Below, one piece after another: positions 16,457-25,281 of a stretch of 64,000 bases of DNA. Each line of letters starts with the position of its first letter. The first letter of the stretch is position 1. This DNA comes from a virus (lineage: Duplodnaviria > Heunggongvirae > Uroviricota > Caudoviricetes): the IMG/VR virus record IMGVR_UViG_3300027851_000011; one strand, given 5' to 3'. The translations under genes and the position numbers were made by a program. The notes under the pieces were generated by a model, which saw only the letters and a program-made list of their open reading frames with translations, had not been told where the DNA came from and made no database searches.

Positions 16457-17102
16457 ACTCGCATCTGTCCCCACTGCAACGTCCGGCGCCTATGGCATCG
16501 CCTACGACTTCGAGACCGGCGGCCTCAGCCCGGAGAAGAATCCGCCGCTCCAGCTCGCCATGGTCGTCGTGACTGCTGCGCTCGACGAGATCGACGCGCT
16601 CAGCGTGAAGATCAAGCCGGTGCCCGGCCTCATCATCGAGCCCGGAGCTGCTGCTGTGAACGGCTACACCGAAGCTGGCTGGGCGAACGCCATGCCGCTG
16701 AAGGAAGCCGAAGTCTTCTTCGCGAAGTACATCCGGCAGTGGTTCCCCGACCAGAAGCCCGTCAGCATCGGGCACAACATCCGTCGCTTCGACGTGACGT
16801 TCCTCCAGAAGTTCTTCCCGATGTGCGCGATGATGTTCTCACCGGACATGGTCGACACCCTCGTCGAGTTCAAGGAGTGGCGCAAGAAGAACAACATGCT
16901 GAAGGTGCGCGATCCGGCAACGGGCGCACTCGTGAACGGCAAGAACAACCTCGGCACGCTCGCGAAGTACGCGGGCTACAACATCGAGAAGGCTCACGAC
17001 GCGAAGTACGACTGCCGCGCTTCAATCGCTGGGCTCAAGTGGATGCTCAGCGGCGAAGGCATGCGCGCAGCGCCTGCGGACGATGGAGCAGACCGCGAAT
17101 AG
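16449..17102 (+). CDS. DEDDh 3'-5' exonuclease (DnaQ/epsilon-like)
   Basis: Exo I YDFETGGL and Exo III HDAKYD motifs. Start ATG overlaps the upstream stop (ATGTCTGA). Confidence 0.65.
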   Translation: MSELASVPTATSGAYGIAYDFETGGLSPEKNPPLQLAMVVVTAALDEIDALSVKIKPVPGLIIEPGAAAVNGYTEAGWANAMPLKEAEVFFAKYIRQWFPDQKPVSIGHNIRRFDVTFLQKFFPMCAMMFSPDMVDTLVEFKEWRKKNNMLKVRDPATGALVNGKNNLGTLAKYAGYNIEKAHDAKYDCRASIAGLKWMLSGEGMRAAPADDGADRE

Positions 17103-17165
17103 CCGGAATATAGGCCAATACACGGCAATAGCGGGCAATACCAGGGAATGCAGCGTAATGCACGC
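17103..17165. repeat. Six tandem 10-bp repeats G(C/G)AAT(A/G)nnn(g), helically phased
   Basis: AATA at 17107, 17117, 17127 and 17137; AATG at 17147 and 17157; spacing exactly 10 bp. Starts immediately after the exonuclease stop. Confidence 0.55.
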
Positions 17166-17321
17166 GTGCTACCCGTGGTGGTCTGCACTTATGACGCCAC
17201 AACATGTGGCGGCTTGACGGCCTTGCCCATCAGCTAGGCTTACAGGTCCCGGCAGCACACACTGCCCGCTATCCAAAGCCGGCTTGGCCTCCGGCTTCTC
17301 ACCCGACGAAGGAAAAACTCA

Positions 17322-20144
17322 ATGAATGCCGTGAACACGGTGCCGGAACCGGCACCAAGTGGCGAACCCGTCATCAAGCACCCGGATGATTACACCGGCC
17401 CGATGTTCAGCCGGGAAGTGATCGAAGAGTTTCAGAAGTTCTCGAAGGAGCCCTGGCTCGCTGTTGTTCGTCGTGCCTCGACATGGCACTACCACACGCA
17501 GCAGAACCCCACGCTCCCGAAGGTCGAAGAGCTGACGCCGTTCGATGTTCCGGCTGTGCGCGCCATTCGCGGAATCAGCCCAGGCGAGACCTGGGAACAG
17601 TTCGCGAAGAAGTGCAACCTGAACCTCTCGCGTCGTCTCGATGAGACCAACCCGTGGCTGCCGGGATTCGTGAATAAGAGCGATGATCGCCCGACGTCAT
17701 GGAACCGTAGCAACGCTGGATCTCCACTCGCTGACAATGCAGGATGCCAAGAGGCATTCGTCAAGATGCTCAAAGAGGACTGCCCATTCGGCGCCTCAAC
17801 AGGTCTCGGAGCTGCTGGCAACACGCTGGCACACTCCGCGATCGGCACGATGGTGACTGAAGACATCGTGACACTCGGAGAGATCGTCGACCAGCTCGCC
17901 AAGCTCCATCGCTTCTGGTTCAAGCCTCTCGGCGCCGAGTATCTCGACGCCGAGTTTCGTTATGGGAAGCATCTGTGCCTGCTCACGGGCCTCGGCTTCG
18001 GTGTCGTTCGTGCTGTCGCAAGCCGGCTGAAGGACTACTACGAGGGCCTCGACTTCTGGGAGACCTGCCACGAAGACCAGCTGCGTGAGTCCGCTATGGT
18101 CGCACGCCGAATCCATGGCTACCCCATGGGTCTGCTGCGCGTCGACGGTGCAAAGCTGACTGCGTTCCTCGAACGCCGTTCGTGTGCTCCCGGTGACTGG
18201 TTCACGCTCGTCATCCTCACGCACATCCTGAAGTACGCGCGGTTCAGCCATGTCAGTGACCGTGGCTGCCCCGTCGTGCAGGTGATCCGCGACGGGCGTC
18301 GCAACCTGTTCTACCTCGACGCAACACAGCTGCGGGCATCGTTCGGTATGTCGCAGAACACCAAGCTGCGCATCGACGTTCTCAAGGCCCTCGGCCTGCC
18401 GACGTCAGTCAATGCTGACTTCCCGCCGCCGTCGACGAGCGTCCTGGGCATCTTCGACATGCTGCGCCCGACTGATCTGTGCGAGCTTCGTTCGCTCGAT
18501 GATCTGATTCACCTCGCTGTTCCACGGGCTGTCGAACTGGTCCCCACCATGAAGTACATCGGGGAATACATGTTCGTCGATTACGGCATCGGCGCGACCA
18601 ACGTCGCACACATCGACTACGACAGCGGAAAGGTCGTGATCGAAGAGATCCTCACGGGTCTCGACATCGGTGCGATCCAGTGGCCTGAAGGCGCGCTCAC
18701 GAAGTCCGAACTCATGACCTGGAAGTCCTGTCTCCCGAAAGAGGTGAAGCCGATGCTCCCGTCCGAAACCGTCTTCAAGTACATCCGCAACTGCAATGAC
18801 CTGGGCATGGTCCGGGCACGCAACGCGATCTTCGACACCTGGATCCTGCTGAATCTGGCTCGCCCCAAGCTGGCTGGTACGAAGCTCGGCAACTCCATGG
18901 TGAACGAGTACCCTATCGGCATGATCCTCCCCATGGGTCATACGAAGGAAGAGACGACCAATCAGGGCAAGACCAATCTGGGCCGCATCATGCTGCACAC
19001 GATCTGCCCGAACGTTCCTGTCATCATCCCGTCGCGCTCGTCGAGCGCACCTGCTCAGCGCGCTGCGGCTTCGCCGCTCGACGACTACGGCACCGCGATC
19101 TACGACGAGTTCCAGCTGCCGTCGAGCCATGAGCACTTCCTGGCTCAGGCCGGACTCCAGTCGCTGGCAACGGGTGGCACGGTCACGCCGGGCCGCGCCA
19201 TGGAAAACAGCAAGGGCGTCAAGCTCAAGCACTCCATGGTCATCTGCGCGAAGATCAGCGCGTTCCCTGTCGACATCCGCAACCGTTCGTTCTGCTTCTT
19301 CATGGACACTATCGACGACAAGTCGCGGTGCACCGACGAAGAGCTGACGATCATCGGCACTGGCGTCGCTGCCAGCACCGTGCGCATGAACGCGCTCGCG
19401 TGGATGGACCGCATCGGCTTCGTCGAGAAGCTGAACACCATCGTCCCGAAGGCCAGCAAGCACAACCGCTTCTCTGCGTTCATCGCAGTTGCCGTGGCTC
19501 TGTGTCAGGCTGCTGGTGGCACTGAGAAGGAGGTCTACGACTACTTCGAGGCATGTGCCAACAAGTGTGAGGACCAGCATCTCAAGGCCACCGAAAGCGG
19601 ACTGGCTGATGAGATCGGTGCGAACGGCGAGTTCTCGGCCCGCCACTTCTTCAGCCAGTGCACCGTCAGCACGCTGGAGATCATCGCTCGCAACGATGGC
19701 AAGATGTGGGGCGCTGCCGAAATGCTGCGCAAGATGGTCGAAGACCAGGATCAGCGCCGCTATTCCGACGTTCTCCGCGAGTACCACATCAAGGAGAGCA
19801 CGGCGGTGCAGAAGTTCTGCAACGCTGTGAAGGACGGCAAGATGGTGATCGACGGTTGGAAGATCGAGTCGTACCACGACCCGCGCTCCCCGACCGAGAA
19901 GCGCCGCTACTACCGCATGGTGCGCGGCAACTTCAACTGTGATCCCACGGCTCCGTCTGCTGAGGAACTGAACGCGCACTTCAAGGCCGGCGAAGCCCCC
20001 GTGGCCGCACAGGCTCCGACTGGAACGCAGGCCGACGTCATCAAGGACAACCTGAAGCGCGACACGGCCTCAGACATCAAGGACGTGGCGCAGAACCCCG
20101 ACAAGTACGGCAGCGACAAGCCGCAGCCGAACCGCAACAAGTAA
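17322..20144 (+). CDS. Large (940 aa) protein of unknown function in the replication module
   Basis: Long + ORF with RBS GGAAAAACTCAATG. No Walker/helicase or polymerase motifs recognised. The antisense 524-aa ORF is a shadow. Confidence 0.5.
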   Translation: MNAVNTVPEPAPSGEPVIKHPDDYTGPMFSREVIEEFQKFSKEPWLAVVRRASTWHYHTQQNPTLPKVEELTPFDVPAVRAIRGISPGETWEQFAKKCNLNLSRRLDETNPWLPGFVNKSDDRPTSWNRSNAGSPLADNAGCQEAFVKMLKEDCPFGASTGLGAAGNTLAHSAIGTMVTEDIVTLGEIVDQLAKLHRFWFKPLGAEYLDAEFRYGKHLCLLTGLGFGVVRAVASRLKDYYEGLDFWETCHEDQLRESAMVARRIHGYPMGLLRVDGAKLTAFLERRSCAPGDWFTLVILTHILKYARFSHVSDRGCPVVQVIRDGRRNLFYLDATQLRASFGMSQNTKLRIDVLKALGLPTSVNADFPPPSTSVLGIFDMLRPTDLCELRSLDDLIHLAVPRAVELVPTMKYIGEYMFVDYGIGATNVAHIDYDSGKVVIEEILTGLDIGAIQWPEGALTKSELMTWKSCLPKEVKPMLPSETVFKYIRNCNDLGMVRARNAIFDTWILLNLARPKLAGTKLGNSMVNEYPIGMILPMGHTKEETTNQGKTNLGRIMLHTICPNVPVIIPSRSSSAPAQRAAASPLDDYGTAIYDEFQLPSSHEHFLAQAGLQSLATGGTVTPGRAMENSKGVKLKHSMVICAKISAFPVDIRNRSFCFFMDTIDDKSRCTDEELTIIGTGVAASTVRMNALAWMDRIGFVEKLNTIVPKASKHNRFSAFIAVAVALCQAAGGTEKEVYDYFEACANKCEDQHLKATESGLADEIGANGEFSARHFFSQCTVSTLEIIARNDGKMWGAAEMLRKMVEDQDQRRYSDVLREYHIKESTAVQKFCNAVKDGKMVIDGWKIESYHDPRSPTEKRRYYRMVRGNFNCDPTAPSAEELNAHFKAGEAPVAAQAPTGTQADVIKDNLKRDTASDIKDVAQNPDKYGSDKPQPNRNK

Positions 20145-20154
20145 CGGAGCATGC

Positions 20155-22437
20155 ATGCTGACTGAACCGACCACGGTGCAAACCGTGGCCTCGGTCACGT
20201 GCGCCCGTCGGCGCTACGCGACCGAGGGACCACTGTCGACGCTGATTCCAGTCTTCGTCGACGTTGAAACGTACATGAATGAGCGACGCGGCATCTCGCT
20301 GTCGTCGATGACGCTCAGGCAGTACATCAAGAACAGCTATCTCACGTCAATCGCTGTTGCCATTGCAGACAGCGCGACTGAGGTGTGGCTGACGCCGAAC
20401 GGTGAGGCGCCCAAAGACCTCATCGCGCTACTCACTGAGCTGGCTAAGGACCCGCGCTACGTCTTCGTCTGTCACAATGCGGCCTTCGACATTCGTGTGC
20501 TCCGCTTCATGCTGGGCATCCCGCAGCCGAAGAACGTGTGGTGCACCGTCGAGGGCGCTATGGGTGCGTGGCCTGAGTGCGTTGGTGGCTACAGCCTGAA
20601 GGCGCTCGGCGCGTTCCTTCAGCTTCCTGTCCACATGCTGAAGATCGACGTCGAAGAGGCTTTTGGCAAGACGCTGGAGCAGCTGACTGGTGCCGAAATG
20701 GCCCAGTACAACACCCGCGACGTCGATTCGATGCGAGAGATCTACTACTACCAGATCGCCTGCCTCTCTGCACGGGAGCAGGAGATCGCACTGATGACGC
20801 ACCACGTCCGTCAGTTCAACTTCGTCGTAGATCCAGATGCGCTCGTGAAGCTCATTGAGAAGCTGGACTTGAATGCCAACGATGCTCAGGAGAACGCGTC
20901 CGAACTGCTCTCTATGGAGCAGCTCGCAGAAGTGTTCAACCGCAACACGGGCGACGGGTCCCTCCGTTCCGTACGTGTTCAGCGCCTGAGCAAGCTCATC
21001 ACCGAGAAGTGGAACGTCACGCTTCCGACGACGAGCCTGAAGAAGCTCAGCCCGATCCTCCAGGCCAAGTACCCGGAGGTGACGAACCTGCTGAAGCAGA
21101 CCAGCCGTGCCAACAAGATGATCAGCCACGGTCGTCGATCCAAGATCTTCCGTGGCGTTCCTGAAGTCGACGTTGAGCTTGGCTTTGCCCGTGCTCACAC
21201 GTTCCGCTTCAGCTCTCCATCATCTGGCAAGGGCCTGAACCTGCACAACGTGCCGAAGCACGACAAGTCGGTTGCTGAACCGATCCGTCGCGTGTTCCGC
21301 ATGCCGCCAGACAAGTGTCTGGTGCGTGGTGACCTCGCGAACGTCGAGTTCCGCGTCGAAGGATGGCTGACGGACTCCAAGAATGTGTTCAAGATGTTCG
21401 ACCCTGCCCTTGGCGGCGACATCAACAACGATCCGTACTGCATGACGTGGAAGGCCATGACGTCGATCGCGATCACCAAGAAGGATCCCGTTCGTCAGGT
21501 CGCCAAGTCTGCTGTGCTCGGCCTCGGCTACTGCATGGGTGCCGCAGGCTACGCAAACGTCCTACTGGGCGTTCTCGCGGACAAGAAGAGCAAGGTGACT
21601 GAAGAGAAGTTGAATGAGATGCGTCTGTCTCTTGGGTGGGAGAAGAGCAAGCGGCTCAACTACATCATGGAGAAGACCAACTGCACCGAGATTACAGCTC
21701 TCGCTGCATATCACATTCACCGTCTGTTCAACGAAGCGTACCCCGAGTACACCCGCGTGGCTGATTGGCTGCTCCGCTTGGTTGAGAACGTCTCTGCGTG
21801 CGGCGACAGTGCTGCCAACGCACAGTACGAAATCGACCGGATGTACCAGTCGCACTATGCTCCTGATCGAAACAAGATCGGCATCGAACTCGATCCCGAC
21901 GAAACAACAGGAGTTAGCCTTCGCGTTCGTTGTGGCCCGTGGACTCCGACGGTGTGCTGGCGTCAGCCGCTCGTCCGTTCGATCTTCACGAACAACCACT
22001 CGGAACCAAGGCTCACCATCCTCAAGGCGACCGGCGAAGAGAAGCCGTTCACCAAGCAGCTCGCGATTGAGAACGTCACCCAGTCGGCAGCGCGCAACGC
22101 GCTCTGCTACGGGCTTCTCGAACTCAAGAAGCGCGGCGTCGTGGACATCCTGCACATCCACGACGAAGTCATGATCATCACCGATCGGAAGCGTGAGGCT
22201 GTGCTCCAGGCACGGCAGCACCTCATCGACGTCTTCGGGCCTGGGAACAACCACCCGATGAACTGGGCTATCCTCATCAAGCCTGAAGAGATCACGGTCA
22301 CCGAGTCCATGTACGAAGACGAGATGGACGTCGCTGTGCCCAAGCTGAACAAAGAAACCGGAAAGATGTCCGAAGGCAACGATCGCTGGGGTAAGATCCT
22401 GCGCAACGAGCCCGACATGTTCCTCAACCTCACCTGA
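20155..22437 (+). CDS. Family A DNA polymerase with N-terminal 3'-5' proofreading exonuclease domain
   Basis: Exo motifs FVDVETY and HNAAFD. Pol motif A DLANVEFRV, motif B RQVAKSAVLGLGYCMG, motif C LHIHDEV. Confidence 0.8.
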   Translation: MLTEPTTVQTVASVTCARRRYATEGPLSTLIPVFVDVETYMNERRGISLSSMTLRQYIKNSYLTSIAVAIADSATEVWLTPNGEAPKDLIALLTELAKDPRYVFVCHNAAFDIRVLRFMLGIPQPKNVWCTVEGAMGAWPECVGGYSLKALGAFLQLPVHMLKIDVEEAFGKTLEQLTGAEMAQYNTRDVDSMREIYYYQIACLSAREQEIALMTHHVRQFNFVVDPDALVKLIEKLDLNANDAQENASELLSMEQLAEVFNRNTGDGSLRSVRVQRLSKLITEKWNVTLPTTSLKKLSPILQAKYPEVTNLLKQTSRANKMISHGRRSKIFRGVPEVDVELGFARAHTFRFSSPSSGKGLNLHNVPKHDKSVAEPIRRVFRMPPDKCLVRGDLANVEFRVEGWLTDSKNVFKMFDPALGGDINNDPYCMTWKAMTSIAITKKDPVRQVAKSAVLGLGYCMGAAGYANVLLGVLADKKSKVTEEKLNEMRLSLGWEKSKRLNYIMEKTNCTEITALAAYHIHRLFNEAYPEYTRVADWLLRLVENVSACGDSAANAQYEIDRMYQSHYAPDRNKIGIELDPDETTGVSLRVRCGPWTPTVCWRQPLVRSIFTNNHSEPRLTILKATGEEKPFTKQLAIENVTQSAARNALCYGLLELKKRGVVDILHIHDEVMIITDRKREAVLQARQHLIDVFGPGNNHPMNWAILIKPEEITVTESMYEDEMDVAVPKLNKETGKMSEGNDRWGKILRNEPDMFLNLT

Positions 22438-22460
22438 ACCCATCCGTTCGAAAGGAACGC

Positions 22461-22925
22461 ATGTCCATTCCCAAAGCCAAGTCCCCCAAGGCGAAGCTCG
22501 CTGCGCTGAAGCGTGAGCAGAAGAAGAAGCCGAAGGTCAAGCTCGTCGCTCCCATCATGGACGCCGAGACGGCCTGCCTCATCCAGCGCCTCAACGACCG
22601 CATCACCAAGCTGGAGGCCGAGCGCTCGAAGCCCAAGTCGCTCCGCGACTTCCTGGCCGAGCGCATGAGCAACAGCCACACCCACTTCCAGCTCGGCCAC
22701 ATCAGCTACGACGCCAAGAACCACGGCGCCCGCTGGGACTACAATGCCGATCAGAGCCTCTGCTCGAAGTTCCAGTGCGGCAACAAGGATCTCGTCGTCC
22801 TCGGCAAGATGTTCGGCCGCACCCCGTTCGCGGTCTTCGCCCACCTCGTCAAGCTCGGTCAGATCAACGAGACCGACTGCTACGAGCTGTGGGCCGGCGT
22901 GACCGACAAGGCGCGGGGTCTCTAA
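22461..22925 (+). CDS. Hypothetical protein with basic N-terminus
   Basis: 154 aa, begins KAKSPKAKLAALKREQKKKPK. Confidence 0.45.
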   Translation: MSIPKAKSPKAKLAALKREQKKKPKVKLVAPIMDAETACLIQRLNDRITKLEAERSKPKSLRDFLAERMSNSHTHFQLGHISYDAKNHGARWDYNADQSLCSKFQCGNKDLVVLGKMFGRTPFAVFAHLVKLGQINETDCYELWAGVTDKARGL

Positions 22926-23323
22926 TGGCCGACGAGCCTGTCAGCATGTCGGGAGACGAAGTCCTGAAGGAAGTCCCGACGCCGCGCACGATCCGCCGGA
23001 TCGAGCGTTTCATCGACAACATGGGCCGCATGATCGAGGTCTTCACCGAGTTCGATCCGGCGGCTCCGTTCGGCATGTCGGTGTCGATTCCCGACTACGT
23101 CGGACAGGGCTTCGTAACTGGCATCGTGAACACCCCGCAGGGTGCACGCCGCCAGGAGCAGCCCTTCCGCTTCAAGATCGAAGCCACCAATCTCGCCGAA
23201 GCCTTCGACCGCTTCGACGAATCGGCCCAGGCCGAGATCAAGAACATGGAAGAAGCACAGCGGAAAGCCATGCTCGCGGCCGGTGGCCGCGTGATGCTCC
23301 CGCCCAACGGCCACAAACACTGA
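22925..23323 (+). CDS. Hypothetical protein
   Basis: In-frame ATG at 22925 (MADEPVSMSG...) overlapping the upstream stop. Confidence 0.4.
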   Translation: MADEPVSMSGDEVLKEVPTPRTIRRIERFIDNMGRMIEVFTEFDPAAPFGMSVSIPDYVGQGFVTGIVNTPQGARRQEQPFRFKIEATNLAEAFDRFDESAQAEIKNMEEAQRKAMLAAGGRVMLPPNGHKH

Positions 23324-23334
23324 AGGAGACGAAC

Positions 23335-23841
23335 ATGAGCGATGATCCCGAGAGCGACAACGTCGAACGCGAGGCCCAGTCGGACCTCGCCAAGATGATC
23401 GCCGGAGCTGAGGCAGCCATGAAGAAGCGTGCCCAGGAAGAGATGGCTAAGCGCGAAGCAGCCATGGCTGCTGAGGCGTCGCTGACGCGCACCCTGAACA
23501 CGCCCGAGGCCCTCGACGCGATGGCACGGACCTACTTCACCAACCCCGAACCGTTCCAGCAGTACGACGTCGTGGATTGGAAGGGTGAGATCTTCAAGGA
23601 TCGCCGCTCGTACGGTCCCTTCATCGTGCTGAAGGTTGTCGAACGCATGAAGGGCCACGTGCTGTCCTCAGCGGACGGCGACAACTTCGAGCCCGGCACC
23701 CCGCTGTGGGGACAGGTTCTCGATCTCTGTGTGGCCCAGATCGCATCCGACAAGAGCATGCGCGTGATGTGGGTCGACAGCTACCGCATGACGAAGTACA
23801 CCGCTCCGGCGGTTCGCAACGAGTCGACCAAGCCAGCCTGA
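23335..23841 (+). CDS. Hypothetical protein
   Basis: 168 aa ORF with RBS GGAGACG upstream. Confidence 0.45.
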   Translation: MSDDPESDNVEREAQSDLAKMIAGAEAAMKKRAQEEMAKREAAMAAEASLTRTLNTPEALDAMARTYFTNPEPFQQYDVVDWKGEIFKDRRSYGPFIVLKVVERMKGHVLSSADGDNFEPGTPLWGQVLDLCVAQIASDKSMRVMWVDSYRMTKYTAPAVRNESTKPA

Positions 23842-23849
23842 ACAACGCA

Positions 23850-23873
23850 CCCTGCCGGCGAAAGCCGGCAGGG
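23850..23873 (+). terminator. GC-rich hairpin (terminator-like, no clear U-tract)
   Basis: CCCTGCCGGC-gaaa-GCCGGCAGGG. Confidence 0.35.
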
Positions 23874-23895
23874 ACCTTCCAACGAAAACGAAAAC

Positions 23896-25278
23896 ATGAC
23901 CGCATCTAACGACATCGAAGTGACGATGGAGAAGCTGAAGATCCAGGTGCGCGATCTTCAGATGACCAACGAGAGACTGGCGCATGAGCTGGAGCAGGAG
24001 AAGCAGACCAGCAAGACGCAGCGCGAGCTGACGGGTCAATCGCATGATGCCAAGGTGGCAGTCGAGCGCCTCAACACCGAGCTGCGTGCCAAGCTGGTGA
24101 AACAAGACGAGTTCATCGCACATCTCCAGAAGCGATGCAAGGACGAGTCCGACGCCAACGACCGGATTCACGACAACCTGAAGGAACTCGCGAAGACCTG
24201 CGATGGCCTGCGCGCGGAGCTGCGGGACTACAACCCGTCGTTCATCGAGATGGAGAAGGCCGCGTACGAGACCCTCAAGGTGCTCGGCATCGACTCTCCG
24301 TTCACGCAGACCAAGAAGGAGACGATTCTGGAGGCGTTCAAGCGCATCCAGGCATGGCAGTGCCAGACGGAGCACCGCACCATCTCCGGTGTCATGATCG
24401 ACACGGCTCGCAGCATCGTGACCCGGTTCGACCTGCCAATCCAGTACGACATCTCACGGCCTGTGCGCGAGTTCATCCTCCATACGCTCACGGCGCTCGA
24501 CGAGAAGCTGCGCAAGAACATCGAAGACCGCAAGTTCGCGGATCTGAAGTTCGTCAAGGACATGGCCTCGACGAACACACAGCTGCTCGGCAAGGCACTC
24601 GTCACGGAGACCAATCATCCGCGCGACAACCTGCGCCTGCTGTTCGGTCAGCTGCATGACGCGATCCGTGCCAGCTTCAAGACGATTGAGAACAAGGACG
24701 CTCGCCTCGACGCGCGAGTCAGGACGATAGAAGAGGTCGTTGCCGAGCGCGATCGCCTGCGCGAAGAGCTGGAGTTCGAGCGCGAAGGCTGGGGAAAGCT
24801 CGGCATCGCGTTCTTCAACGACGAGACCAAGACGATGGAGGACTGCCTCATCGAAGCCAACCGCATCGCTGCACAGGGACGGAAGCAGGCCGAGTTCACC
24901 ATCAACATGGACGTGTTCACCGACAGCTGCCGCACGCACGCTGGCGATGGGCTGAATGATCTCGGATGGCCGACCGTGAAGACGGCTGGCACGCTGCTGA
25001 CGTCGATCAAAGCGAGCTGTGAGGCACTGCGCGCCTACCGCTCGACACTGATCAAGATCCAGTGTGCTGTCAAGGGCTCCACCAAGCTCAAGACGCTGGA
25101 CTACCACTGCAAGGTTGGTGATCTCGACCAGCTCGTCGAGGCCGTCAATGACTGCATCAGCATCGAGGCAAGCAACACGCGTGTGGTCGTCCGTGACGCC
25201 ATCGCGATGATCGAGAAGATCGAGAACACGGGTATGGACGCGCGCCGTCGCCTCCAGGCCCTCATCCCCAAGGGGTAA
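23896..25278 (+). CDS. Coiled-coil hypothetical protein (460 aa)
   Basis: Long heptad-like charged helical sequence. Confidence 0.45.
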   Translation: MTASNDIEVTMEKLKIQVRDLQMTNERLAHELEQEKQTSKTQRELTGQSHDAKVAVERLNTELRAKLVKQDEFIAHLQKRCKDESDANDRIHDNLKELAKTCDGLRAELRDYNPSFIEMEKAAYETLKVLGIDSPFTQTKKETILEAFKRIQAWQCQTEHRTISGVMIDTARSIVTRFDLPIQYDISRPVREFILHTLTALDEKLRKNIEDRKFADLKFVKDMASTNTQLLGKALVTETNHPRDNLRLLFGQLHDAIRASFKTIENKDARLDARVRTIEEVVAERDRLREELEFEREGWGKLGIAFFNDETKTMEDCLIEANRIAAQGRKQAEFTINMDVFTDSCRTHAGDGLNDLGWPTVKTAGTLLTSIKASCEALRAYRSTLIKIQCAVKGSTKLKTLDYHCKVGDLDQLVEAVNDCISIEASNTRVVVRDAIAMIEKIENTGMDARRRLQALIPKG

Positions 25279-25281
25279 CCA

